A stretch of DNA of 64,000 bases from NCBI GenBank assembly GCA_002427105.1, contig DIPM01000005.1, positions 5,572 to 69,571 of the forward strand, in the 5' to 3' direction. The notes below the pieces were generated by a model that was not told the origin of the DNA, did not search any database, and was given only the letters and a program-made list of their open reading frames with translations. Made by a program: the position numbers and the translations under genes. Below are positions 17,763 through 27,691 of the stretch, in pieces. Within the stretch, counting starts at the first letter, position 1. The number at the start of each line of letters is the position of its first letter. The DNA is from Marinilabiliaceae bacterium UBA5488 (GTDB lineage Bacteria > Bacteroidota > Bacteroidia > Bacteroidales > Marinilabiliaceae).

Positions 17763-19094
17763 TTACTCTATTAGCTTCGAAATATCACGATTCCATTTGT
17801 TATAGTAGAGATTAAGCCACTTTTCGGCACTTGTAATCCCGGTTGATACTATTTCATTCAATGGCTCTAAGTACTTCTGTTCCGGCTCTATGGAGCATTT
17901 CAAGGCACGCCTGGCAAGACCATCCTGCGCAAAAGATAAAAGCTTAGCCGCCAGCTCATGCAAAACTACGGAATTGCTTTCAGCTCTCAGCCCTTTCACG
18001 GGTACTTCTGCACGAAGACCTATAATAGTGTCAATACCCAGGTGCAGAGCCAAACTATGAGCAGCATCAAGAGCCTGAGTATCATAAAGCAAGCCTACCC
18101 AAAAGGCAGCAAGGGCAACAATCATGGCGGGCGAACCGCTGTCGGCGCCTCGTAGCTCGATATAGCGCTTAAGTCTGACATCCGGAAAAACAGTAGTCAC
18201 ATGAGTTTCCCAATCTGCCATCGATGGTTGGAAATGATGCTTTCCTTTCATAAAATCTCTGAAGGTCATTCCATCAGCCGGATAATAGACTCCGTCACGA
18301 AAAATAAAATAGAGCGGAACGTCGAGCAGGTATTGAGTATAGCGTTCAAAGCCAAAATTATCACCGAAAATAAAAGGTAAGAATCCACATCTATCGGGAT
18401 CGGTGTCATCCCACACATGCGAACGATAGCTAAGATAGCCGTTGGGCTGCCTTTCCGTAAAAGGAGAATTCGCGAAAAGAGCTGTTATTACGGGCTGAAA
18501 TGCTTGTGCAACCTGCATTTTTCGAACCATATCAGCTTCTGAGCTGAAGTCAAGATTCACCTGAATCGAGGAGGTTCGCGACATCATGTCCAAGCCAAGG
18601 TTTCCCTTGCCGGGCATCCAGGCTCGCATATAGCTGTATCTCTCTTTAGGCATCCAGTCAAGATCTTCACGCCTCCAAAAGGGGTCGAAGCCTATCGGCA
18701 GTCTGACAAATCCCATCTTGGCGGCCATCTCCTCAAGCTTCTGCGTGTATTCTATGGTTTCCTTATACGTTTCATGCACGGTTTCGAGTTTGCTTCCCGA
18801 CAGTTCAAACTGGCCGGCAGGCTCAATTGTAATCGAGGCGCCGTCCTTTTGCAAAGCTATAATATTTCCTTTTTCAATAATTGGCAACCAGCCGTTTTCT
18901 GCTCCTTCCGATAGTATCTCTCTGATGCCCGGCCTTGAATTATACCGCAAACGAGTTAAGTCTCCGGCCTTAAGCAAAAACTGCTCATGCTCGGTACCTA
19001 TTCCCCAATCCTTCTCAGGTTTTATTCCTGCCCTGAACCAATCGGACAAGTCTGACACCTCCAACTTCTCCGACTCAACAAGCTTCTCTGTCAT
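17763..19094 (-). CDS. gshA: Glutamate-cysteine ligase, plant/proteobacterial GSH1 (GCS2) type
   Basis: 443 aa. GTEHEQF, MSRTSSIQVNLDFSSEADMVRK, ALFANSPFTE, TTVFPDVRLKRYIELRGAD and AFWVGLLYD closely match my recollection of plant GSH1. Confidence 0.85.
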   Translation of the reverse strand: MTEKLVESEKLEVSDLSDWFRAGIKPEKDWGIGTEHEQFLLKAGDLTRLRYNSRPGIREILSEGAENGWLPIIEKGNIIALQKDGASITIEPAGQFELSGSKLETVHETYKETIEYTQKLEEMAAKMGFVRLPIGFDPFWRREDLDWMPKERYSYMRAWMPGKGNLGLDMMSRTSSIQVNLDFSSEADMVRKMQVAQAFQPVITALFANSPFTERQPNGYLSYRSHVWDDTDPDRCGFLPFIFGDNFGFERYTQYLLDVPLYFIFRDGVYYPADGMTFRDFMKGKHHFQPSMADWETHVTTVFPDVRLKRYIELRGADSGSPAMIVALAAFWVGLLYDTQALDAAHSLALHLGIDTIIGLRAEVPVKGLRAESNSVVLHELAAKLLSFAQDGLARRALKCSIEPEQKYLEPLNEIVSTGITSAEKWLNLYYNKWNRDISKLIE

Positions 19095-20098
19095 TTATTC
19101 TTTATATTAAATATACAATCCAATACATATTTCTCAACATTCCGGTTCTCCCCAATGTAGGGGAAGTCGTGCATTGAAAGCATTGCCGGAGCATTAAGTT
19201 CAACAACAATATAATTTGCCGGTGAGAGCTCTGCATCAGAGTCACTAATAATAATATCTACTCCTGCTATTCGCAAGCCTGCCGCAGCTGCAGCCCTTAC
19301 AGCCACATCTTTGTAATAATCAGGCATAGTGTCGGTCACATCAATACTGTCGCCTCCGGTGCTCAGATTTGAGTTTTTTCGTAAATACACCTTTTCTCCC
19401 TTCGGCACAACTGAGTCAAGGCCAAACCCGGCAGACTCCAGATGACGCTCCACCTCTTCATCAACAACAATCTTCAAGAGAGGATAGCGATAATCGTCTC
19501 CACGCCCGATATTCTTTTCCTCAATAAGCTGCTTAATAGTTGAAAGCCCGTCGCCCACTATATTTGCAGGCTCACGATAGGCAATCGCTCTAACGACTCC
19601 ATCAATCACCAAAAAGCGATATTCCTTACCGGGGTAGTACTCTTCAATAATTACCCTGTCGGAATATTCAAAGGCCCGCTCAATGGCTCTTTGAAGCTGA
19701 CTCTGATTGGCAATGCGGGTGCTTACCCCGATACCATGATCGGTATCAACGGGCTTAACGACCAGAGGATATTCCGGCAGCTCGAATTCATTCCATTTTT
19801 CTCCTGCCTTAATCATCACCGCTTTCGCGTGATTTACGCCCTGTCTGGCCAAAAACTGCTTAGTCATCCACTTATCGTTCGAAATCCAATAAGCAATCAG
19901 GCTATTTCCGTCAGATATAGTGCCCTCAAGTATAATATATTCCTTGTTTTTATATTTAACGGCAATCAGGTTGTTATCAGCATCAATAATCTCTAATTCC
20001 AGCTTTCGCCTCAATATTTCAGCTATAATTATCTGGGTGCTAGCCTCAAAATTCTCATAGCCGCTTAGCGGAGTAAAGCTGAAAGTCAAATTCGCCAT
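19091..20098 (-). CDS. ATP-grasp ligase resembling the C-terminal (glutathione synthetase) half of bifunctional GshF
   Basis: 335 aa. PLVVKP, YLRKNSNLSTGGDSIDVTD and VVELNAPAMLSMHDFP. ATGA overlap with gshA. Confidence 0.7.
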   Translation of the reverse strand: MANLTFSFTPLSGYENFEASTQIIIAEILRRKLELEIIDADNNLIAVKYKNKEYIILEGTISDGNSLIAYWISNDKWMTKQFLARQGVNHAKAVMIKAGEKWNEFELPEYPLVVKPVDTDHGIGVSTRIANQSQLQRAIERAFEYSDRVIIEEYYPGKEYRFLVIDGVVRAIAYREPANIVGDGLSTIKQLIEEKNIGRGDDYRYPLLKIVVDEEVERHLESAGFGLDSVVPKGEKVYLRKNSNLSTGGDSIDVTDTMPDYYKDVAVRAAAAAGLRIAGVDIIISDSDAELSPANYIVVELNAPAMLSMHDFPYIGENRNVEKYVLDCIFNIKNK

Positions 20099-20212
20099 AG
20101 TCTTATAGGTTTAAATAGAACTGAAACATTAGCATTTTAATAGAACGAGGATGCAAGGCTTTTGTTCCGGGCTTATACATTATTAACCTATAGACCTAAT
20201 ATGATTAATATA

Positions 20213-20246
20213 ATTAAAAAAAAGCCGGCAAGCCGGCTTTTTTAAA
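20213..20246. terminator. Bidirectional intrinsic terminator
   Basis: aaaaaaaagccgg-caag-ccggctttttt: a GC stem with a tetraloop, flanked by A8 and T6. Confidence 0.8.
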
Positions 20247-20274
20247 AATGGATTATTTAACACAACTAAACTAA

Positions 20275-21819
20275 CTATTCAAGCACAAGTCCAACAACCG
20301 ACAAGGAAGGCATAGTAATTTCCAGCGTATTCTTAGAAAGCTTATACTTTGAAAAAGCCTTGGGGCTCACCTCATCAGGTTTATCAAATTTATTAATAGC
20401 ATTAAAAGCATTGGCAGTCAACACGGTTCCTTCATTAACCTTCTTGACTTTTCCACTTCCAAGATCCACAGTAACTTTAATAGATTTATGAGGATTTGTG
20501 TTGCTCAGGCTTACATTAACCTTTCCGTCTTTTTTGGAGGCAGTACCGGAAATAGCGGGAATTACATCATCGCCAAATTTATAATCTTCGCAAGCTATCG
20601 TAACAGGTATGTAGTTTGCATCCTGATGTACTGCATACATTTTAAAGACATGATAGCTTGGAGTAAGAATCATCTTATCCCCTTCTGTCAGTATCATAGC
20701 CTGCAAAACATTAACCAACTGAGCTATATTAGCCATCTGAACCCGCTCAGAATGGCGATGAAAGATATCAAAGGTAGTAGAGGCTATAAGTGCGTCGCGC
20801 ATAGAGTTTTGCTGAAAAAGGTGACCCGGCTCAGTTCCCGGTTCAACATCAGTCCAGATGCCCCATTCATCAACCAGCAAGCCTACGCGTTTGTCGGGGT
20901 CATACTTATCCATTACTTCCGAATGTTTGGTGATAAGCTCATCCATCCTTAAACTTTGTTTGAGTCCTTTGATATAAAGGCTCTCGTCAAAACCGGTAGC
21001 TGCAGATTTATTGCCCCAATCGCCGGTAGCAATAGTATAATAATGTACCGACAAAGCGTCCATATTGCGGCCTGCATTTTTCATCAGCACATCTGTCCAG
21101 TTAAAGTCAAAGCCATTTGCACCGCAGCCTACGCGCTCAAATTTGCCCTTGCCATACTGCAAGGCATAAAGAGAATACTGGCGCAATAAATCTGAGTAGA
21201 ACTCGGGAGTCATATCTCCTCCACAACCCCAGCTTTCGTTGCCAACCCCCAGAAACTTAACATCCCAAGGTTTATCACGACCGTTTTGGCGACGCCAGTT
21301 GGCCATTTCAACGTCCTTATCGGAAGTCATATACTCAATCCACTCGACCATTTCCTGAACAGTACCGCTTCCCACATTAGCAGAAATATAGGCATCTGCC
21401 CCAATCATTTCGCAAAGATTCAAGAACTCGTGAGTGCCAAAGCTATTGTCTTCAACTGTTCCACCCCAAAATACATTATCGATTCTGGGACGCTCATTTA
21501 CCGGCCCTACTCCGTTCTTCCAATGGTAGGTGTCAGCAAAACAACCGCCCGGCCAGCGCAATACAGGAATTTCGAGGGCTTTCAAAGCTTCTAGCACATC
21601 CTTTCTGTAGCCATTCTCGTTAGGGATATCGGAATCATGGCCTACCCAAATTCCATCGTAAATACAACGGCCAAGGTGCTCAGCAAACTGTCCGTAAATA
21701 TTCTTGTTAATCACCTGATTAGCTTGATCAAAATCAAGCTTAATGCTGTTTTCCTGCCCAGTCATTGTCAATCCGAGTGACAAGAAGAAAACTGAAATCC
21801 AAAGAAAATTTCTTTTCAT
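20275..21819 (-). CDS. abfA: Alpha-L-arabinofuranosidase, GH51, secreted
   Basis: 514 aa with a signal peptide. YGQFAEHLGRCIYDGIWVG, LRWPGGCFAD, GVGNESWGCGG and DEWGIW are GH51 motifs. Confidence 0.9.
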   Translation of the reverse strand: MKRNFLWISVFFLSLGLTMTGQENSIKLDFDQANQVINKNIYGQFAEHLGRCIYDGIWVGHDSDIPNENGYRKDVLEALKALEIPVLRWPGGCFADTYHWKNGVGPVNERPRIDNVFWGGTVEDNSFGTHEFLNLCEMIGADAYISANVGSGTVQEMVEWIEYMTSDKDVEMANWRRQNGRDKPWDVKFLGVGNESWGCGGDMTPEFYSDLLRQYSLYALQYGKGKFERVGCGANGFDFNWTDVLMKNAGRNMDALSVHYYTIATGDWGNKSAATGFDESLYIKGLKQSLRMDELITKHSEVMDKYDPDKRVGLLVDEWGIWTDVEPGTEPGHLFQQNSMRDALIASTTFDIFHRHSERVQMANIAQLVNVLQAMILTEGDKMILTPSYHVFKMYAVHQDANYIPVTIACEDYKFGDDVIPAISGTASKKDGKVNVSLSNTNPHKSIKVTVDLGSGKVKKVNEGTVLTANAFNAINKFDKPDEVSPKAFSKYKLSKNTLEITMPSLSVVGLVLE

Positions 21820-22012
21820 ACCTAAAGATTTTTTTAGTCATCGTTTGTAATTTGCCCGGGCAACATCATGCTCTTCAGCATAAGCCCCGGCTCATTTCAT
21901 AACGAAGAAATTAAACACTGCTAATAAAAGTATTTCACACTTTAAAAATAGTCTATCCTTAGATATTTGCCAACACAATTTCGAAAATTCTTTTAAGAAA
22001 AGTTGAAAACAC

Positions 22013-23428
22013 TTACTTTTTCCAAAGAGCTTCCATATCTTCAAGGGTTTTGCCCTTGGTTTCGGGAACAAAACGCCACACAAAAACAGCTGCTATTACA
22101 GCCATCAGTCCATATATCCAGTAGGCAAAGCCGTGATTAAATTTCTCAATCAGGAAAGAGCTCTTATCCATCATCGGGAAAGTCCACGAAACCAGATAAT
22201 TTGCAATCCACTGCGCTGCCACAGCGATAGCCATCACTTTCCCGCGGATACTGTTGGGAAATATTTCTGAAAGAAGAACCCATACCACGGGACCCCAGCT
22301 AACAGCGAATGAAGCCACATAACCCAGCATAAATATTAGAGAAGCAAATCCTAACTGATTAAAATAGAAGGAAAATCCTAAAGCGAACATAAAGAATCCC
22401 ATTCCAAGGGCTCCTATTATCATCAAAGGCTTCCTCCCGAACTTATCGACAGTGAGAATCGCGACAACAGTAAATGACAGATTTATTATGCCTACTATAA
22501 TGGTCTGCAACAGCGCTGTGTCAGTTCCTGAGCCCATGTTTTTGAATATTTCAGGCGCATAGTAAAGCACAACATTAATGCCTACAAATTGCTGGAAAAC
22601 AGACAATAAGATACCAATAACTACAATTGCGATACCGTAAGACAAAATTTTGCCTGAGTGACTTTCTACTGTACCCTTTATATCAGCAAGAATATTGCCG
22701 GCAACATTCTTCCCGTTAACCTTGCTAAGAATTTTCAAGGCTTCCTCATCCCTATTCTTTAACACAAGGAAACGAGGCGTTTCAGGCACAAACAAAAGGA
22801 AGAAAAGGAAGAGAGTACAAGGAACCAGCTCCGAAGCAAACATCCATCTCCAGCCTATGGTATTTAGCCAGGATTCATCACCCTGAAGCGCAATGCCGTA
22901 ATTCACGAAATAAACAACAAGCATTCCGAAGATAATAGCAAACTGGTTTAGTGCCACTAAGCGACCTCTCATTCGGGCAGGTGCAATTTCAGCAATGTAC
23001 ATGGGTGATAGCATAGATGCCATACCAACCCCGACTCCACCGATAAAGCGAAAAAAGATAAAATGCCAGATAAAGGTGTGATCTCCCTGGCCTATTGGTT
23101 TAAATAACATTTCCGGAATTGCGGATCCCAGCGCTGAGATAAAAAACAGGATACCGGCAAGTATCAAGCCGTTTCTTCGGCCAAGCTTATTGCTCACATA
23201 GCCGCCACTTAATCCACCGATAATACATCCTATCAGTGCACTAGAAACCAAAAACCCGAGCCATGAATTGGCCAGGGTCTCAGTTAAACCCATTGGTTCA
23301 ACAAAAAATTTTTCTAAGGAACTAACTGTTCCTGAAATTACTGCTGTGTCGTATCCAAACAATAAACCACCAAGAGTGGCGACAAAGGTTAGACCAATCA
23401 CATATAAGCTACTTTGACCCTTTTCCAT
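22013..23428 (-). CDS. xylE: MFS sugar porter (xylose/arabinose-proton symporter type)
   Basis: 471 aa. GGLLFGYDTAVISG, GRR motifs and PETKGKTLE. Confidence 0.88.
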   Translation of the reverse strand: MEKGQSSLYVIGLTFVATLGGLLFGYDTAVISGTVSSLEKFFVEPMGLTETLANSWLGFLVSSALIGCIIGGLSGGYVSNKLGRRNGLILAGILFFISALGSAIPEMLFKPIGQGDHTFIWHFIFFRFIGGVGVGMASMLSPMYIAEIAPARMRGRLVALNQFAIIFGMLVVYFVNYGIALQGDESWLNTIGWRWMFASELVPCTLFLFFLLFVPETPRFLVLKNRDEEALKILSKVNGKNVAGNILADIKGTVESHSGKILSYGIAIVVIGILLSVFQQFVGINVVLYYAPEIFKNMGSGTDTALLQTIIVGIINLSFTVVAILTVDKFGRKPLMIIGALGMGFFMFALGFSFYFNQLGFASLIFMLGYVASFAVSWGPVVWVLLSEIFPNSIRGKVMAIAVAAQWIANYLVSWTFPMMDKSSFLIEKFNHGFAYWIYGLMAVIAAVFVWRFVPETKGKTLEDMEALWKK

Positions 23429-23532
23429 TGGTTTTTCTTTAGAATATTAGCATAGACTACTTTTGTAGCGGAGTAAAGCTACATAATTTGAAACTGGAAA
23501 TAGTGGGAAGGTAAAAGATAATATTAAGGGAT

Positions 23533-23568
23533 AGCTTGTTGCAAGCAACACCAGTCTTGCAACAAGCT
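23533..23568. other. Perfect 13-bp inverted repeat (RNA hairpin) between xylA and xylE
   Basis: agcttgttgcaag-N10-cttgcaacaagct, read directly. No U-tract follows on the minus strand. Confidence 0.6.
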
Positions 23569-23600
23569 ACAAAGGAATTGTAAACTATCCCGGAATAATA

Positions 23601-24929
23601 TTAAATGTAAAGATTAATTAGCTGCTCATACAACTCTTGCTTTCCGCTAATCATTTTGGGCTCACCATTAGCCAAAGCAAAATCGCGAAGGTCAGTAAGC
23701 TTAAGTTTGCCGGCTTCGAACTCGGCACCTTTACCGCTGTCAAAAGAAGCATAACGCTGAGCACGCATCTTCTTGTAGTCAGATTCGTTCAATACTTTAT
23801 CAGCAATAACCAGGGCACGGGCAAACACGTCCATTCCTGAAATATGTGAGATAAATATATCTTCCAGATCTGTAGAGTTACGACGAGTTTTTGCGTCAAA
23901 GTTAACACCACCGGTTTTCAAACCTCCTGCTTCGAGGATAACCATCATAGCTTCAACCGTTTCATAGATATTAATCGGGAATTGGTCAGTATCCCAGCCA
24001 TTTTGGTAATCACCGCGGTTAGCGTCAATTGAGCCCAGCATACCGGCATCGGCTGCAACCTGAAGCTCATGTTGGAAAGTGTGACCGGCCAAAGTAGCGT
24101 GGTTAACTTCCACATTGATGCTGAAATCCTTATCTAAGCCGAAATGACGCAGGAAGCCGATAACAGTAGCGCTGTCGAAGTCATATTGGTGTTTTGTCGG
24201 CTCCATTGGCTTAGGTTCAATATAAAATGCACCTTTAAAGCCCTGTGCACGTGCGTAGTCTCTTGCCATGATGAGGAATCTTGCAAAATGCTCTTGTTCA
24301 CGCTTCATGTCTGTATTAAGAAGAGACATATAGCCTTCACGTCCACCCCAGAAGGTGTAGCCTTCGCCACCTAAAGCTATGGTTGCGTCGATAGCATTCT
24401 TAACCTGGGTAGCAGCAAATGCAACAGCGGCAAAATCAGGATTTGTAGAAGCTCCGTTCATATAGCGAGGATTGCTGAAAACGTTGGCAGTACCCCAAAG
24501 CAGCTTAACACCTGAAGCCTGTTGTTTTGCCTTAGCATAATCAACAATAGCCGCCAAATTTTTCTCATACTCGGAAAGTGAAGCTCCTTCAGAAACCAAG
24601 TCAACATCATGCCAGCAGTAATATGGTGCACCAAGCTTTGTGATAAACTCAAATGCTGCATCCATTTTCACTTTTGCAGCGCTTATGGCGTCGCCACCAA
24701 CAAACCATGGAAACTTCTTAGTTCCGCTTCCAAAAGGATCACCACCATCAGCGCAGAAGGTATGCCAGTAAGCAACGGCAAAGCGCATATGTTCTTTCAT
24801 TGTTTTCCCGGCCACTTTCTGGTCTGCATTATACCATTTAAAGGCCAATGGATTTTTTGATTCTCTTCCTTCGTATTTTATCTCTCCAATACCCGGAAAA
24901 TACTCTTTGTTACCTAATGTTATGCTCAT
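23601..24929 (-). CDS. xylA: Xylose isomerase
   Basis: 442 aa. [34 protein letters not shown] and [15 protein letters not shown]. Confidence 0.97.
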   Translation of the reverse strand: MSITLGNKEYFPGIGEIKYEGRESKNPLAFKWYNADQKVAGKTMKEHMRFAVAYWHTFCADGGDPFGSGTKKFPWFVGGDAISAAKVKMDAAFEFITKLGAPYYCWHDVDLVSEGASLSEYEKNLAAIVDYAKAKQQASGVKLLWGTANVFSNPRYMNGASTNPDFAAVAFAATQVKNAIDATIALGGEGYTFWGGREGYMSLLNTDMKREQEHFARFLIMARDYARAQGFKGAFYIEPKPMEPTKHQYDFDSATVIGFLRHFGLDKDFSINVEVNHATLAGHTFQHELQVAADAGMLGSIDANRGDYQNGWDTDQFPINIYETVEAMMVILEAGGLKTGGVNFDAKTRRNSTDLEDIFISHISGMDVFARALVIADKVLNESDYKKMRAQRYASFDSGKGAEFEAGKLKLTDLRDFALANGEPKMISGKQELYEQLINLYI

Positions 24930-24948
24930 AATTCAACTATTAAAAAAA

Positions 24949-26421
24949 TTAAAACTTCAAATTATCTTTCCAAATTTTATATACCTCATTAACTGCAAGC
25001 TTGTCTCCATCGGGCTCAATAGCCTCAAGACATTTCAGCTTATCAAAGGCCTCTTCAGAACTCTTATATAGACCGGCTCCAAGCGCTGCCCCGCGAGCAG
25101 CTCCAAGGGCTCCGTCAGTATCGTAAAGTTCGATTCTGGCATTCAGTACATTAGACATAGTTTGGCGGAAAAGAGGGCTCAAAAACATATTAGCCTTACC
25201 TACCCTTACAACCTTTGTCTCTATGTTCATTTCATTCATAATATCCACGCCATAGCGGAAACTGAAAGCAATACCTTCCTGTGCAGCCCTGAATATGTGA
25301 TTTTGATTATGGATATTAAGGCTGATCCCTTTAAACTCTGCGCCCGGATTAGCATTGCCCAGCACTCGTTCGGCTCCGTTGCCGAAGGGATAGACTAAGA
25401 CACCTTCAGAGCCGACAGAGGCGCGGGAGGCCATCTCATTCATCTTCACATAATCAATATTTCCACCCATATTCTTGCGCAGCCACGAGTTAAGGATACC
25501 GGTGCCATTAATACACAGCAGCACCCCTATTCTTCGCTTTTCAGCACTATGGTTGACGTGCGCGAAACTGTTAACCCTGGATTGCTTATCGTGCGAGAGC
25601 ACATCACTTACCCCGTACACAACTCCTGAAGTACCGGCAGTTGCAGCCACTTCACCCGGCTCGAGCACGTTCAATGAAAAGGCGTTGTTGGGTTGATCGC
25701 CTGCGCGATAGCTAACCGGGATACCCTCTGGCAAACCAAGATCATCAGCCACCTTAGGACTAACATAGGCATGCTCTGAGAAGGTATCGACCAGGTCCGA
25801 AAGCAAGGATTGGTCAATACCATAATATTTAAACAGTTCTGATGCCGGAGCTTCTTTGTTAAAATCCCACATAATACCTTCAGTCAGACCTGAAACAGTA
25901 GTCTGCATTTTCCCTGTAAGGCGATAGGCAATATAATCGCCCGGCAACATAACTTTATAAATCCTTGCATACTTATCAGGTTCATTGTCCTTCACCCATT
26001 TAAGCTTTGACAGGGTAAAATTGCCGGGAGAGTTAAGTAGATTTGACAGGCAGTAGTCGGCCCCAAGGTCGGCAAAGGCTCTGTCGCCTATCTCAACGGC
26101 GCGGCTGTCGCTCCAAATAATTGAAGGTCGGATAACTTCGCCATCTTTATCCAGAGCAACCAATCCATGCATCTGGTATGATATACCAATGGCTTTTATG
26201 GCTTTCTTATCTATCTTGGCACTAGCCAAAACATCTTTCAAAGCGCTTTTCATATTTTCCCACCACTGCACGGGCTCTTGCTCTGCCCAACCATTTTTGA
26301 CTGCAATCATAGGCATCTCCTCCTTGGGATAAAATGCCGAGGCAGGACAACTACCATCTGAAAGTTTCAAAAGGCTCACCTTTACTGACGAGCTTCCTAC
26401 GTCTATTCCTAAAGTGTACAT
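24949..26421 (-). CDS. xylB: Xylulokinase (FGGY family)
   Basis: 490 aa. LGIDVGSSSVKVSL, QMHGLV and GGGA-type C-terminal motifs. Adjacent to xylA. Confidence 0.9.
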   Translation of the reverse strand: MYTLGIDVGSSSVKVSLLKLSDGSCPASAFYPKEEMPMIAVKNGWAEQEPVQWWENMKSALKDVLASAKIDKKAIKAIGISYQMHGLVALDKDGEVIRPSIIWSDSRAVEIGDRAFADLGADYCLSNLLNSPGNFTLSKLKWVKDNEPDKYARIYKVMLPGDYIAYRLTGKMQTTVSGLTEGIMWDFNKEAPASELFKYYGIDQSLLSDLVDTFSEHAYVSPKVADDLGLPEGIPVSYRAGDQPNNAFSLNVLEPGEVAATAGTSGVVYGVSDVLSHDKQSRVNSFAHVNHSAEKRRIGVLLCINGTGILNSWLRKNMGGNIDYVKMNEMASRASVGSEGVLVYPFGNGAERVLGNANPGAEFKGISLNIHNQNHIFRAAQEGIAFSFRYGVDIMNEMNIETKVVRVGKANMFLSPLFRQTMSNVLNARIELYDTDGALGAARGAALGAGLYKSSEEAFDKLKCLEAIEPDGDKLAVNEVYKIWKDNLKF

Positions 26422-26459
26422 AGCTTAATCTGTTCTGTTCTGTAAAAACTCAAAATATT

Positions 26460-27467
26460 TTATAAGGAATCTCTGATATATACTTGTGTAGGTACGCAAA
26501 GCTGCATAGGCGCATCGTTAACGACAAACTCGGCAGCCTTCATACCCATTAATTTAAAATCAGTAGTTATTACTGTAATACCCTTGTAAATAAATTTTTT
26601 CATTGGTGTTTCATTGTAAGAGATAATTCCGGTATCTCTGCCGGGTTCGAGCCCTTTTTGACGGCATTGCTCCAAAAACTGTCCCAACATCCTGTCACTC
26701 ACAGATAAATATGCTGTTCCTGCTTTCACATCAAACTTTGCCGCGTTAGTTTCAACCGTACATTTAATGCCATAATCGCTGCAAAACTTTTTACCAAAAT
26801 ACAGTAATTCAACCGGGTGATTAGTATAGTTTGGGTATAAGAAGACCATTTCCTTATACTTTTTCAATAGATGCTTAACAGAAAGAAGTCCATCATAGAC
26901 CGACTGTCCGAAATCCTGATAAAGCAGGTTATTGCCCGGCTTAGAATATATATTCCAGTCAATGACAAGCAATTTCTCCGAAGGAATTTGTGACAGAATG
27001 CTGTCAACCTCCGGATGGTCAAAAGGCATTACCACATATTTATGATATTTCCCAATGCTCTCTTCGATTTGACGTTTAAAAACATCAGTATTATAGTGGT
27101 GGAAACGTACATCAGCAAGTACGTTTTCCGGAAGGTTTTTTATAAACGAATCATATAAAACCTCCTTATAAGCTTTGAAGGTGTCGAGAAAGAGGAAAAC
27201 ACGTCTGATCTCTCTGGCAACGAAATAGCCCTTATTAGGAACCGAGTCAATTACTCCCTGCTCCTTCAAAAGCGAGTATGCTTTGAAAACAGTATCCCGA
27301 CTAAGTTTGTATTCTTTACAGACCTGGTTGACAGATGGCAAATGATCACCCATGCTTAGCTTATTTTCGGAAATAGCGTAATTCACCGAATCAATCAATT
27401 GCCGAAACTTAGGTACATCACCCGCCTCATTCAACTGAAATTTAAAATTATTTTCTTTCGACGACAT
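26460..27467 (-). CDS. AraR-type regulator (GntR winged-HTH plus LacI/PBP1-like sugar-binding domain)
   Basis: N-terminal GntR HTH (LPSVNQVCKEYKLSRDTVFKAYSLLKEQGVI) and a C-terminal ~230-aa periplasmic-binding-protein-like domain. I prefer the ATG at 27467 over the TTG at 27491. Confidence 0.75.
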   Translation of the reverse strand: MSSKENNFKFQLNEAGDVPKFRQLIDSVNYAISENKLSMGDHLPSVNQVCKEYKLSRDTVFKAYSLLKEQGVIDSVPNKGYFVAREIRRVFLFLDTFKAYKEVLYDSFIKNLPENVLADVRFHHYNTDVFKRQIEESIGKYHKYVVMPFDHPEVDSILSQIPSEKLLVIDWNIYSKPGNNLLYQDFGQSVYDGLLSVKHLLKKYKEMVFLYPNYTNHPVELLYFGKKFCSDYGIKCTVETNAAKFDVKAGTAYLSVSDRMLGQFLEQCRQKGLEPGRDTGIISYNETPMKKFIYKGITVITTDFKLMGMKAAEFVVNDAPMQLCVPTQVYIRDSL

Positions 27468-27691
27468 AGTGTTCTGGTCTGTTACGGTCAAAGATATAGT
27501 TTTTTAATATAGCTTGTATCAACTAAGCTGAAAATTTTTCAGAAAAAAACACCCTTGTCACGCAAACATAGTCTCTGCCTACTTTTCAAACAAGTAATAG
27601 AAGAGCTAATAATGATTGAAACAGATCGGGAGCCGAAACAAGCATGATGTATAGGCTTTTGAAAGATAAGAGGAAAATTGCTTTATGATAA

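Noticed and set aside
21892-22083. 63-aa ORF overlapping the 3' end of xylE.
   Set aside because: It overlaps the well-supported transporter gene on the same strand in another frame, has no motif, and lies in the abfA promoter region.
26641-26655. ccgGGTTCGAGCCCttt, which resembles a tRNA T-arm.
   Set aside because: It lies inside the AraR-type regulator coding frame and has no acceptor, D or anticodon arms around it. I found no tRNA anywhere in the window.
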